A stretch of DNA of 64,000 nt from Phoronis australis (lineage: Eukaryota; Animalia; Phoronida): assembly GCA_002633005.1 (NCBI GenBank), contig NMRA01000169.1, positions 48,277 through 112,276 of the forward strand, read 5' to 3'. The translations under genes were made by a program, and so were the position numbers. Below the pieces are notes generated by a model. The model worked only from the letters and a program-made list of their open reading frames with translations, was not told where the DNA came from and ran no database searches. Numbering within the stretch: position 1 is the first letter of the stretch; every line of letters starts with the position of its first letter. This document shows positions 10,655 through 24,749 of the stretch, piece after piece.

Positions 10655-13600
10655 ATGCATATGTTGGATCTGGTGAGCACTACTACTACTTTGTTTGAAT
10701 TTGAGGTTATCACGACAGCATTGTGGCGGTAATAGTCAGGTTTGTGGATACATGATTCGAGAAACAGTTAGCACCGCTTGAAACAACAGTTGTTTTTCTA
10801 ATACAGTACCCTGGAATGCAAGTTACTGGTGAATGTGTGACCATGCATGTACCACAAAAAATGTAACCACAGTACTTGTTTTTGAACATGTGGTATAGAT
10901 AGAGATTTTTATTGTACCCACTGGTGATATTTAGTAGTCCTATGCCTGCATCACTGTTAACAACTGATGAACAGTCTTGTGTTCCTTAGGGCAAATGATA
11001 TACCTGCCCTGTTGTTGGAGTCTAGGCTAGCCTAGAGCTATTCAGTCCACTTACTAGTAGTGTCTTGTGTTAGTTGTAAGTTTGGTCTGAGATTATGTGC
11101 ATCTAGTGGCCTGTACTTGTTGCAAGCGGAAAATGCAATATCTCATTGACTTTCACTTTTCAACAACCGATATTGTTGTTATGCGTCTTCTTTTTAGTTC
11201 ATTACAGGAAGTATTTTTTCTATAGATATATTGATGAATGCTGTAGTTACAGCATTATAAATTCCAATTTTAACTGACAACCTGCATGCAGGAATTTCTT
11301 TTCACTTCAGCTGTCAGTGAATTATGTAATTCTGGAAATCTTAGCGTGTCGTTATGTTTTATGAGTACCACTATGTTGACATTTGTTGTCTGGATATGAT
11401 ATTCGTTTGATGTCCAAAGGAATCCGTCGTTTTACATATTACACTCCATGGGTCAAATGAATTATCTCAGCTAAAATAATTGGATCACTCAGCGGCAATC
11501 ACACCTGTGTAGTGTCTGGGCTCTGCAAAGTTCTGTAAAAAGTGTATAATTCGAGAGTGTTACAACCTGTCTGTCATTGTTCAGAAAGTAGAACAACAAA
11601 ACAGACCCCGCAAAAACTGCACAGGCGATGAAGACGGATGAGCATTTTCGGGAGGAAGGCTGGCTGACACTACAACAGGATAAAGGTTTCTTTTCACGCT
11701 TGGCTGCCTTGAACTGCGCTGGAAAATGGTCAAATGAGGGAGATAATGAACTTGACAGTGAGTGATGTCCAGTAATACTCCGGATTTCATCTTTGTTCGA
11801 ACCTTATACAATCCCTTGGGTTGTCAGTGATTTAACCAGTTGTTATTGATGTGATATTGTAGAAACTGAGGTAAATGTAAAATGCACTTCTTTCACATGT
11901 CCTCTGCGGTGGATCATGCTTCCAACATGAGGCATTTACATAGTAAGTAACAGCTGATCACCTGGAACAGGATACATGTACCTTTGCCCTCTGGAGGACT
12001 GGGAAGTAATATGAATTCACTCTTTAGACTTCTCACAACTAGTCACACACACTTATTCAAGTACGTTCCTCTGTGCCTCCCACTGCGCAGGTGAAGTATC
12101 TTCTCACTGGTAGCTGGTTCCATGTTGTCAGCCCCCATTGCTACTCGAAAGTCTCCCATTTTTCACTTGTGTCAATCACAACAAAATGCCCGCAGATAGC
12201 AAAATGATAACATTAGCCAGCCATACCACTTCAAAAGTGAAGTTATTGGTACACTGGCGGCTACATAACGTCCACTGAATGACTCTGACCAGTGGTTTTG
12301 CATTTACCTGTAATTTCCAATGAACCTTTCATCTTGACACTGTCGTCCGCTTTCAACGCCCTACATCAAAACCACTTGAAGATTCCTAAAAAAAACGTTT
12401 GTTCAGACACACTCCAGAGCTTACCCACAGTAAGCATCTTTGTAAACAGGACAGTCACAGATAAAACCAAAAATAAATAATCTTGTTCAACCAACACTGT
12501 AAGATTTGGAACGTCGCAAGTGGGGAGAGGACAACCACGATTTTTGAAGGAAATGTTATGGAAATGATTTCTCGGCGGTGTTTTTTTTTTGTTTTTAGCC
12601 GTCCAAATAAGATTACTGAGCTTTGTAAAACCAGTGAGATTTGAATTTCGACCCTCGCAAAAGGTATCCTGTCAAAACTACTGCTATTTGTGTAGTAAGT
12701 ATCCTAATTCCATGACTACGAGCACTTTTTAGAAATAAAGTAGTGTACCCTCGGTGCCTAGAATATACGAAATTTGATGAATGATAAATTGATTCGCCGT
12801 TTGCTGGCCAACTATTAACAAATGTTCACTTTTTGTTGACATTTATCGGCACTACTCATTGTGGTGAAATGGCGTAGCCACCAGTCACTTTTGACTTCAA
12901 ATGACATGAAATCCGTTCGCGCCAGGAAATTTTTTGACTTTATTTTGTAGACCTAAAATAGCTCAACACACTGGTTGGCACTAAAATGTTATGAAACCTG
13001 TGCCAGCTGAGATATCGGGATACGAATTTAGCCAATTTTGACAGTTTCAAAAATCACTAAAAGTACTCAAATTATGCGGATCTAAAAACAGACAAAAAAT
13101 TATCGAAATCTTTTAAATTTTCATGAATAAAGTAGTCGAAGGTCACACTTGATCAATACCAGAGGTTCAATATTTCAACGTTACTTCCACTGCGTAACGT
13201 AACTGTCGGAATTTTACTGAAACTTAACTGCTGCCAGGCTCAAAACTTGTCGGAAACAAATAGTATCCATGGAAACCAAAAGGGGTCGTTTTGAAAAAAA
13301 TAAAGGTGGTCTGAAGTCAGTGGGGTCAGTGTCATCTCACAGACAAAATATAAAGAGAATCTGTGACATAGCGTTTATCACCCTCTGCCTGGTCCATTTG
13401 CGAACATGCTCGTAAGCCGTTTTTTGGTATGCCACTAAGTTCAAGAATTTATCAACATTGCAAACGTGCAAAATATTGAAAAAATACTACAAACGAATGA
13501 AATATTTACAAAGAATAAAAACCTCGTCATTTCAATAGATGTAAACATTACAACAACGCATGCGCAGCCACAGATCTAAAGGTCAACAGAACTACAAATA

Positions 13601-13986
13601 GCGGAGACTAGTAGCTCTAGTGTACGTCCAAATGCGAAAGGCAGTCGTCCTGCTCTACGAGATTCAGAAAAAACCTCTTAGCCAGTACAAAATGGGGGAT
13701 TACCAACAAACCGCGTTCCTGTACGCGATTCGTTTGATTGGCGGGAAACGATGAGCACAAGACTGCATGCTCGAACTCATGAAGGTTTTACATTACAACA
13801 ATACAAGGCTTTCGATGGACAAGTATAAGTCAGTAAGTGTGCTGTTTGTGAAATGTTCAGTGACTCGTATACACAGTTAGAACATTCACTGGTGGGTAAC
13901 TGACCTCAGACCCGTATCATTTTGAAGAGCATCAATTCCATCAGCTGTTCAGTTTTTGTCCTGCGATTTGTTGCGCGTACTAAAAC

Positions 13987-14130
13987 ATGGGTGGGGCAGC
14001 ACTTAAAAAAGTGGGGGACTAAAGCCTCCTCGGCCCCCCTGTGGTGCACTGCCTATAGACCATGTGTGGCGTAGCACTGAAAAAAGTGAGGGCTACAGCC
14101 CCCCAGCCCCTTATGGTGCGCCTCCCATGT
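13987..14130 (+). repeat. Short dispersed repeat, two tandem copies here and a third at ~22367-22433
   Basis: Shared core gcagcactgaaaaaagtggggg.cta.agccccc...tggtgca..cccatg. Confidence 0.65.
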
Positions 14131-14191
14131 AATACTACTACTGATTAACGCTGATCCAGATTAGTTACACCATGTTAGTGTTAACTGCTAA

Positions 14192-14800
14192 GGCCCTTTC
14201 ATTCTAACGTCGACAAGTCGATGTTTTAGGGAGTAGGAGTCAGTATGAACGGTTAACTTCGGTCCTGAATCGTATTTAACTGCGTCAGTTAAATCTACTT
14301 GTCTGCTGCGAAGTTAGCAACGGGGCATCGACGCTGCGGTGCAGTATGAACGGTCAACTTCAGATACACCGAAGTTATTGTCAGGGGACATTGTTATCCA
14401 CAATTACAGGATAGCGTCGTCGCTAATAGCTGCTCATTTTTTGCTCGCATAATCAACAATCGGATTAGAAATAGGTTTTTGTGTCAATTACCACATATCA
14501 ATGTTCCAAAATTTGCACATTAAAAAATTCTGGCGTGAAACGTGATGCATCTGGACAAAGTTGCGATTACTTTAATGACAACATCGTCAGTTACAGTTTA
14601 CTTTTTTTTTCACTGTGATATATATTTATTGAAGGATACACAGAATATACAAAGAAATAATAACAAACCCAGAAACCGCGAAGCATTATATCTGTTTACT
14701 TAGATATCCGTTAACGACTGCAGCCGGTATAAACGTTTCAATTAACGCAGTTAACATCGACGCACTGCTAAGACTGGAGTTAAGTCAGTATGAAAGGGCT
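14192..14800. mobile_element. Non-autonomous TIR element, PIF/Harbinger-type MITE
   Basis: Imperfect TIRs ggccctttcattctaac / gtcagtatgaaagggct, TAA on the left flank, and internal repeats of cagtatgaacgg. Confidence 0.6.
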
Positions 14801-15199
14801 TTTAGATCGATTTCAACTAGCAAAACAGTGTTGCAGTTGGTTTAGAGAATTGTCGAAGGAGAGGGTAGAGACATTTGTAGAATGTGTTAGGGACATCACC
14901 TGGCCATGACAACATCTTTATTAGAAAGCTCATATCCGTTTTGGTCGTACTGAGTACAGTCGCGGGGGGTAACTCTTGCTCAAGATGGCTATACTTGAGA
15001 ATGTCTAATTAGTTTTGCTTTATTTTTTCCAGTTAAGATAATACTGATCACCTACACAGGCACATGCAACCGTAAGTTGTTCTCTCTTATTCCATTAAGT
15101 TTGAAAAGAAAGAATAAATGTGCCAAACTTATTGATGGCCACTCATCTTAGACTGTGCAGGTTAGGAGAAAATGGTTACTTAAAGTTTGACATTTCTAT

Positions 15200-15705
15200 C
15201 ATCCCCAAAACGTTTAATTTTCTCAACAGCCAACTGGATAATGTCGTGTTGTCTATATGGTGTTCCGTGTAAGGATCACCAGTGTTCAGACAGTTACATA
15301 AGTGAAACGAAATAATCCATTATAATGCGTATGTCACAACATCATCATCTTGGTTACGGGGACATTTATATTTCGGCTACTTTTAACCACCTGTGTGCTA
15401 CTGGACATGATTTCAATACTGATGATGTCCGTATCCTATACTGTGAGGAACATTGGTTCAGAAGGGGTGTAAAGGAAGACGGTTTAAGATTCGATTTGTC
15501 ACACGTACTGTATGGGATGGTGTTCTGACGTCAATGCCGCGCCGTCTAGTCAAACGTCACCAATTGGTCAGAATAACGACAACGTCACAAGCCAAGCTGA
15601 AGTCTGTGAGATGCGGACGCAACGTCGCTAATTTTTGTTAATTTTTACTCGAGTATTAAACTCGAACTTTATTTTTTTCTCAACTGGATGTCTCAAAACT
15701 TTCAT
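15200..15705 (+). mobile_element. Penelope-like element remnant (decayed GIY-YIG endonuclease plus 3' region)
   Basis: Translates with a frameshift and stop as VVY/GVPCKDHQCSDSYISETK*..MRMSQH..SATFNHLCATGHDFNTDDVRILYCEEHWFRRGVKE, matching the PLE GIY-YIG pattern. Confidence 0.8.
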
Positions 15706-16444
15706 GTTCCTGTGTTAGGCTTGTTATGCTTACTCCAGTGCAACAGCAGTGCAGACACAGGTATGTTCTTTACCTGAACCACCCTTTCCGGCCATTTTTT
15801 GCAAAAGCTGGGTAGGTATCAGAGGAATTCATTGCTGGCCATGTATTGTAAAGGTTAGCATTTGACAGTTTTTAAATTAGGAGAGAATAGCATGCTTCCA
15901 ATCCAACCTCTTCTTCTTCTGGCTGCTACGAGTAAAACTATAATTTACATTTAGTAAACCGATTCTGTCAAGGCTGTATTGGATGTTTTTCATGAATGAT
16001 ATGATCTATTTCTGTGTTCAAAAGACACTTTTACACTTCCCTGGCAGCATATCAATGTACTATATGCCCAGGTGTTCTCAACATGTCTTGCTGATCAAGG
16101 CATCTGTTGAGTATGATGGGATGACATTTTAAGCCCAGTGAATTAGAATTAAATTGCGAAAATTGAAAACAATAATGATAAAAATTAGTACAGATCTACG
16201 TAGCACAGTAAATTACCAAGCACTTCGAAAATTATTACCCGACTATGAGCCGGTCAATGTTGATACTTCTCAATCTCAACCATTTGGGTAGGAGCACACC
16301 AATTATTGGGGACAAATAAAACAACAAGAATGATAAATATTTTAAGTTGTATTGGGAATTTCAGGGTTACAGCTCTACAAATTAATATTTCACAGAAGGA
16401 ACCAGATGGGTTCCTTAATTACAAAAGATAACACACACATTTCT

Positions 16445-16645
16445 GATACCCAAAATGTAACTGAGTATCGGATACTAAGTGGCACAGGTTAGCGTAGTAC
16501 CAAATGGGTACATAATACCAAATGGGTATTGGCCGATTGCCTACCAACTGGGTCGAGCAAAGCGGCAAATTCAATAACAAGTACCAAGTGGGTACAAACT
16601 GCCAAATAAGGCAAATATCATATAAAGTACCAAGTGGGTACACCA
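16445..16645. repeat. Cluster of TACCAARTGGGTA motifs (subterminal-repeat-like array)
   Basis: At least 5 spaced copies: taccaaatgggta x2, taccaactgggt, taccaagtgggta x2. Confidence 0.55.
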
Positions 16646-19600
16646 AACAGCCACGTGGGCTATAACAACCTGCAAAGCAGGTTCCGGACAAGCTGAGTGA
16701 GCAGACCAGCTGGAGTGATAAAAAGAGATATTGTAAGGAACGTGGTGTTGTGGCTCAGTATAGGCCGAGAGCTGTGACCGGGGTGGAAAGAAGCAAGCTG
16801 CAGTAATGGATGCTCAAGTACAGGTCTGGTCGCTAGCCAATGACGTCGGTTCTTGTCTGACGGTAACACGCTCCGGGCTTGAAGAATGTACCAGCAGTGA
16901 CTATAAAAACAACAATAACCAACAGCAGATTTTGTTCGGCAAAAGTAGTATAGTGTTCTGCCTATGGTCACCAACAAAATCAAAATGATGGTAAAATATT
17001 CAAAAACCTACAAGGAGTATACCCACTACAGTTTCACCATATGAGGCCAACAACACAATCAAAATGACTGTCCAAAAACCCCACTCCATAAGATACAATA
17101 AGAAAATCAATGGGGTATTAATACCCACCACAGTTTCAGCAGGCTTTAGAACCAATTAAGAAGAGTGTGCAACCAAGGAATCACACTGACTATACTAGTG
17201 ACTATTGAAACATTAAATATGCGTAAACAAATAATACCATAGGTAATGCCAGTTGATTGTTGATCAAGTTATTTTTTCTCGTTGTTTATTGAATACGGTA
17301 AAACAGGCAAACTACATGACTAAATACAACGAGAAGAATCGGTAGAGTTCATAGAAACTGTTGACTGAACATTTGAGATGTACATGTATATGAGTGTTAG
17401 GCGGTCTTCAATAAGCGTGGGCTGCTAGTGAAAAGGCACGGATCACGCATAATGGAGATAATCTAAAGCACGGCGTATAATTAATTTACTTTAGTAGGTG
17501 AAGAGATATAGGAGGTGGGCCAGAATTTGTAGGCCTTCTAGAAAATGGTTTTTGTGAGTACTTTAGGGGGCAATTTTATTATGGTGTTCTCAAAATTTAA
17601 AAAGTTCCCACATATAAAGTTGCACATTTTGAGAAATTTGAGTTTGAAGTTCCATAATAACCACCATAGAGCCCTATAGAGAACTTATACATGTATTTGT
17701 AAAAACAACAGTTTTTGCTTTTTTGGTAAAACAAGTAATATGGTGCCATCCGTGTCATCGTATTGAACAATAATACACTCACATTACATGTTTTACTATT
17801 GTGGACTAATTTTAAACAGTGAAATTTAAAAAATTTATAGTGACACCTAGTGGCAGAAATGCAAGTCTGAATGTTACTTGGAGGTTATTCTAGCATTGTC
17901 CGGCAACAAAAACAACACAAAACAACTGGGCAGAATTTGTGCCTCAATGACTGAACTATTGACTAATGGTGTAAAATAGAGCTTGTTTGCATAATTCACC
18001 AGAAATACGTTATAGTACAAAAACAATATCGTTGAATGGTCTCTGTGAATGTGCACACAGACTGTATGAAAATAATAAATTATTCTGACAGCGTTTAGCA
18101 AGCAGTATGAGACAAATACTGGACTATGATCAAAGTATGTAATTTCTGTGACTTAATCAACAAGTAAAATTCACTTGCTAATACAAAAAACACGAAATAA
18201 TGGGGTTGGAGGTCTATTTAGGGTTGACTTGTCAAAGAACTATCCAATGTTATGAAGTTAGTGTTGATGATGTTTCTACAGTTGTCACAGCTGCACGTTT
18301 CTGTGCAGTTTGACCCAGTGTCGCAGCACAAACTCATTTTTCCAGCAAAAATTATTTCTTTCTGCACTTTCAGTATTCATCATTAAGTACTGCCAATGGA
18401 GCTTCGGGCGTTGCCATACAATTTAACTGCAAAGCTCCACCGCCAATGAGTCAAGTATGTTCGATTATAGATGGCCAGCATGCAATGAAGGGTCAAACAC
18501 TGAGTCATTGTTTGGAGACGGGCAGGATTTGGGCAAACGTTTGATTCTAAATATGTTATAATGGGCTGTGTTAATCAGAGTCAGCAAGTGAATTATTGAA
18601 CACTAGCCTCAATTCACTTTCATATCTCTTAGTCGGGCACAAACTACAACAGTGAGTAGCTTCAACAGTCGTTTCTTAAGATTGCCTCTCCAAATAACTT
18701 CATGCATACCAGCTTCAAAGTCTTGCTTTAGTTTTAAAAGGCAAAATTTTTTATAACATGATGATCTGTGGTACGTGGCTTCTAAGACACAATGTCTTTA
18801 TCTTTGAATTTCATTTGTATATTCAGGGCTCTGGGCTGAGCTGTTGCTTACGATACAAGTCCAATTGAAAAAACCTGAACTGTTAACACTAATTTAACGA
18901 TTAACTTTGAGCAAATTTTTCAGACGGACTTATCAGGAACTGATCCACCACCATCCAAACAAATTTACATGCCGTCTGATCTGTCGCCTAAAAATACTGA
19001 TCGTTTAATAATCAGATTAGTTGATGCAACTGAAAATAATTCAGCTGATATACCAGCGCAGTGATTGAAATTTAATTTTTTTAAATCGGATGCTCAAAGC
19101 ATAGTCAATCGATTTATACTTAAGGTAACCAACCTTTGACGAAATGGACAGTGGCTTCCACTGTCCTCATATTACGATGGGAACGCTGGCATCTTAGGTA
19201 CTTTAATTTAATTACCATTGCAGGTACCTAAGTAGGTAATTTTTACAAAAAATTGAGAAGAGGTTCCCCGTATCCCATGATCAGGCAGGGGATGACGTCC
19301 ACATGGGCATGTTGATTGCAACCATCTACTCCATTTAACATTCACAAAAATTTTCGACTTAAAGTGCTTAAAATCACACCCACAGTATAACGTCATATGA
19401 TGATTCCCTGGCGCAAGCAGTGTCGATGTGGCAACTGAACAAGGGAGTGTTCAAAAAACAGGATTGCAGGAGTATTTTTTTAAACTGGAAACAAATGAAA
19501 ACATTATCGGCCTCTTGATAGGCATCTCTCTAACCTGTACTTCTAAACTTATAGCAACATGACTTATGGTTTAACCAGTGTGATGCATAATTTTCCGAAA

Positions 19601-20513
19601 AGCATCCGGCATATGGAGTATCTGTGGTATGATCACCGTCTCTACTGGGTCAGCGGTATTGTCTAAGGCCTATAGGCAGCCAAGGGGCTGAACAAGTTAA
19701 AAAGCAACTGGTTATAATACTGAAACACACATGGAGAACACCAAGATGTACCTTTCAAAAACACGTACCTGTTTATCAAAGCTATAAAATTGTTACTTCT
19801 TTAGCTTTCTTGAAATGTGGTCCATAATATACTTTTCCTGCTAACAAATGATGCACTCATGTTTCAGAATGTTCCTATCTTGGTCAGGTTAATTGGGTGT
19901 TTCAAATTTTGGTCTAATTGATTTTTTTGAGAAATTTTGGGTAACACCTGTATCAAATTCAGCAGCTTCAGCTTTAGCACTACTGCTGGTGTGCTGAAAC
20001 GTTGCTATGCCTTTCTATGTCCTTTCAATTTTTGGTCTTCTACAGCAGTATACTGTATAGGCAGGCTAAAAGGACTTGCAGCTATTTTCTGCACAAATGT
20101 TTGTGACACCTCTTCTTCTTTTTGATCTACTGATCTACAGAGTTCCACAGTCCATCAGATTTCATCAGGATGCTTCTCCGAGCTTCTTCGGGTTCTGGCA
20201 TCACAATTTTGTGATGTTTGTTAGCAGCCATATTGAAGTAACTAAGAACAACAATACAATCTGGCTCTCTGATTGGTCAATTCAATAGAAAAGCGCCACC
20301 AAGTGGCAGGAATGTGCATAATATTTTGTGCAACAAAAACACCTTTTTTTCAAACAAAATGTGCAAGTGTAGACGTGGGAACTTTTTGGAACATTGTTAG
20401 GGAAAAGTAGGTCTAGAGCTAATAAGAAGAAGTGTTCACTTGTCAATCGGTGTCAATAGTGCACAGCCTCGCAGACTTCATACGAGCAACAAACTTGATG
20501 GAAAAGATTTCTA

Positions 20514-21330
20514 AGGCTACATGCCACTACTCCGAATGTTCACTGCTCCGACGCTTCACTACCTTTGAAAGTTCGCTACTTCGATTGCCCACAATTCCCA
20601 GCCCAGACTTAGGACAGTTCATTATACTCGGACTGTCTGCTAATACGTTGGTAATGGCAAGAATGAAATATTGTATTTGCGTCGATTTAGTAACCATTTA
20701 AATGGCATGCAATAATTGAAAAGTTCTTAAAACATAGATTACACTGTTTACAAATGAGCTCAGTTACAATCACTGCCAATCGTGATTCTTGAATCAAATT
20801 AAGGACTCGTTCTCAAGCAGGTGCAACATCTGGGGCACGGGTCAAGGCTACGGCGACCAACGGCGGTTTTAAATTTTCGAAGACTGAATGAGACTCTCTG
20901 ACTTCGTGAAGACTGGCATGGACAGGGTAGCCTTCTAATTACATTTAGTTTCGAGGTTGAGGCGCAGTAGCCTTAAGCTTTTCAGTCGCGCTGTGAAATG
21001 ATGCGATATCGACATGGGTTTGATGAATGTATAATGATTGATAAAACATTAATATCCCTACTTCACATTCTTTTAAAAATGCAAATGCGTACTCATTTTT
21101 TCTTATTTGTAGAACATGCACGCATGAAATCCGGGCGTTGTTTTTGGTATAGGTTCACCACTGAGTGCATCTAATAATTGAAGTATAGTTTATTATTACA
21201 TCTCCAATTATAAAAATTACACCTGAGTCCGAAATTGTAGACATTTTCGGAGTAGTGAGCCCTCGCAGTAGTGAACCTGGGAATTAGTAAGCCTTCGGAA
21301 TAGGGAGCCTTAAGAAGAGTAAACCTTCCC
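20514..21330. mobile_element. MITE with ~15-bp subterminal repeats (cactactccga / tcggagtagtga)
   Basis: Left cactactccgaa-type repeats at ~20520-20590 are mirrored by cggagtagtgag-type repeats at ~21245-21330. A homologous left end and flank recur at ~59223-59470. Confidence 0.55.
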
Positions 21331-24300
21331 AATTTATGATTTCGGGCCTGGTCTGAGATGTCTTATAGGGGCTCATTAAGCCCTCATTAGCTGAACCAAT
21401 CTAATTGAAACTTCACGGTGCATCAGCCAGTGAGGCCTGTTATGCATAGCTATTGATGACCTTTGCTCCATGCAAGGAACTACTTTCAAACTAAAGCCAG
21501 CATATCAAATTGCATCAGTACTTTGACTTAAGCCGCAGACTCTGAATTCTGCTAAAACTTAATTTTGACTACTGCAATTTTCCAATTTTTAAACCATTGC
21601 TTATAAGTGACATTTCCTGGGAAACACCAACACTTTGTTTAACTTTGAGATTGCAAGCGTCAATAATTTTGGACAGATTAAAAATGTTCGAGCTTGCCTA
21701 TAATGTCGTACGCTTGAATTAAAATGCCACAAAGTCTTTTGAAGCCCTGATGTAAACACAGCAATTTTCGATTGATACAGAGCCCTCAATAACGGCTCAT
21801 TCATACTGTTGTGACACTTGTAACAAGCGCGATTAAGCCCACGCATTGTCAGTTTGGAAAACACCATTGTTTAATTCTAATTCTAGTGGTATGATTAGTC
21901 AGTGATACAACATTTTAACAATTTAGCCCTGATAAAGTAGTATGTAATTTAAAAATACTTTCAACACCTCCGTCATAAAAACGTTTGGATTTCGCTGCAA
22001 TATTATTTAAAGATAATTTTCCCGCATGCCGCTTTATAACAGACGTGATAATTTTGTTCATTGGTAATTTTGCTCTTAATACAAAGAGACCATGATTACT
22101 GCTTCAAAATGTTTAATACATTAACATTTCTCTTACCCCTCGCAAAATCCGTGAATATCTGAACTTTAATACAAGTTGCAATGCAAAAGAAACCGAAGCT
22201 CGAAAATTAAGCGAATGAATACCGCAAATGAGAGGCTTGCAGGCTTTTACACTGTTTTATGATTAAAACACCAAAATTTTCAACATGATCCGTCACTATA
22301 ATACAACTACGCCACCACACACTGATATAGCGCTAATACTGTGTCATGATTATTGTAGGTAACACATCGGCGGCGCAGCACTGAAAAAAGTGGGGCGCTA
22401 TAGCCCCCAGTTCCCAATGGTGCACCACCCATGTAACACGCATACGTTTATAGTAACAATAAAATACTCCAACTTCTAACTGTGACGGGACGTTCGTAAC
22501 TTTACGCTTATTGTTATTCTTATTTAGTTGCAAATGTTCAGTTATTCTTATGCTAATGTCTTGTTGCGTCTCAGTGCGCCTTTGTTACGTGGGCATGTGG
22601 GCGCGACTGTATGTGTCGGGCACTTCGCTAGCGACAGGCTTAGGAGAAGGGTGTTTCCTTCCTTTGCTTTCATGAAAATTGATCGTTATCATGTGCAATT
22701 GAACTGAAACGTATGCCTGACGAGAGGAAAATATTTTTGATGTTCAGTGGAGACTTGCTCTGTTACATAACAAACGTCTTATATATTAAACCAGTAATGA
22801 TAATACATACATCAGAAAATCAATGCTTTGGGTCTTCCCCAGATTTCAAAAATGGTTTTGTTCACAACTTACTACAAATATATGATAAATAGTTCCTATC
22901 TACTATCAAGCAACAATACTGGAGCAGTATAACAGATATAAAGTGAAACAAGCGTGGATAAAACAGGAAAGGAATATCAAGAAAGACAAATCACGAACAA
23001 AAAAGTACAAACATAATTAAAAGATAAAGGGCCTTTGTTAAGTTAAGGGTACATGAACTGCTGGCTTCTACTATAATCCTGGATTCCAATATAATCATGG
23101 CAGTATTTATCGGCAACGAGCTGAGTTTCACGGTTGTTCAAGCCTCTGTCTTATATGGTCTTTCGTACATGCGAAAAATTTGAAAAACACGGAAACTTCT
23201 GTGAATGTAGTCAAAAACCAACAAGTTCATCCCTGACACAAGTAAAACATTAGTTAATGATGGCAAACAGCAAAATCACATTGAGTCCTAGCCTCTTATT
23301 GCTTTTTTTTGGAGCCGTAAATCCACTAGGTGCACAGATAACTCTAAATGAACACAGGACAATGTAATCTACAAATTATTGTTCATCAACAGCAACCTGT
23401 GCTCATCAGTCATCCTCGAAAAACGAAGTATGTTTTACAAACCAATCGCATGACAACCGCTGAAAGTTTTACCATAATTCTCAATCTTACACCATCCATT
23501 GCAATAATGTTAATTAAAAGACTAAATATCACAGGGAAATAAAAGATAAAAAACCGATCCCCTACAGTATATTAACAAACAAGGAACATTTCATCCTTTC
23601 AGATGAAGACAACCCCACTACCCTGTTTGTAACCTATGATAACGGTTTTCAACCACAATCTTGTCCAGCGATGCAGGCTGACCAAGCACACCAAACAAAG
23701 TAATAAGGGTCACCATTTAACAAACATGATATTGCATTACTTACCAAACATAAACACCAATACTTCAACCATTTAGTGATCAAGTATCAGAAGGTCAGAT
23801 ACCCATCACAACTGCCATAAATGGCCTAAAACCTAACCACCGGTATGACCTCCGGGGTTTAGCCATGCATCGTATCAATCAATGCAATGGGTTGCAATGC
23901 CGGCTAATTTGTCCGGCACATATTTGCAGCCATTTTCTTTCCTCATGGTTTATGGGACTAACATGAAATGTACCAGGAATTACGACTGAAAGCCGTTAAA
24001 AATAAAACTGACATCGCACAATGATACTGCTTTCAGGATTGCAAGCATTGGTTTGGTTATAGATGGCTTTTCAGTAATCTATGATAGTTTCCCATTTTTG
24101 TATTCTCTTCACTCACCCATGGAAATACTATTTGAATGACCTCCACTTTTTTGCAGCTTTATAGTTGGCAAAGAACAAATTACAAAATTCAAGACTTAAA
24201 AAGTTTAGTAAAAAATTGAAACACCCTTAAAGTGGTGCCAATTAATAACCTACAGATTAATCATTTGGACGTTTTAAAACGTTTTATTCCTACAACCAGT

Positions 24301-24749
24301 TGCTACAAAGTCAAAGCCCTTGACTGGCTAAAACAGAGTAGGCTGAATTGGGCATCACAAAGAGAAAACTAACAAAATGACCGTAATATAGATATTAATT
24401 AAATTAAATAATGACTTTTAACATATTGTAACATGAAAATGAAAGCAGTGAGCATGCAAACAGTTGTTTTAGAAGACACACATAGTTAAAGGCAAAGACT
24501 TGCTATAAAGGCTAATTTTCATAGAATATGTAAAACAAGATCTAAAGAATGTATGGCATAAAAATCTTTTTTAAATTATAACACTACTTCATGAATTCCA
24601 TAAAATTTAACAAGAAATGAATTTTGGGGCTTACTAAGACATCACGGAAGGAGCTGTTTAAGACCTGTTCAGCAGCAGCAGCAGCAGAACCAGCTTCAGA
24701 ATACATCTGGCTGCATTGAAGTAACAACTGGCAACATGACCGTCGTAAG

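Noticed and set aside
11290-12100. Possibly coding-like minus-strand stretch with a hydrophobic segment (SVFIACAVFAGSVLLFYFL)
   Set aside because: Multiple stops in frame and no motif I can identify; it could be a decayed gene but this is unsupported.
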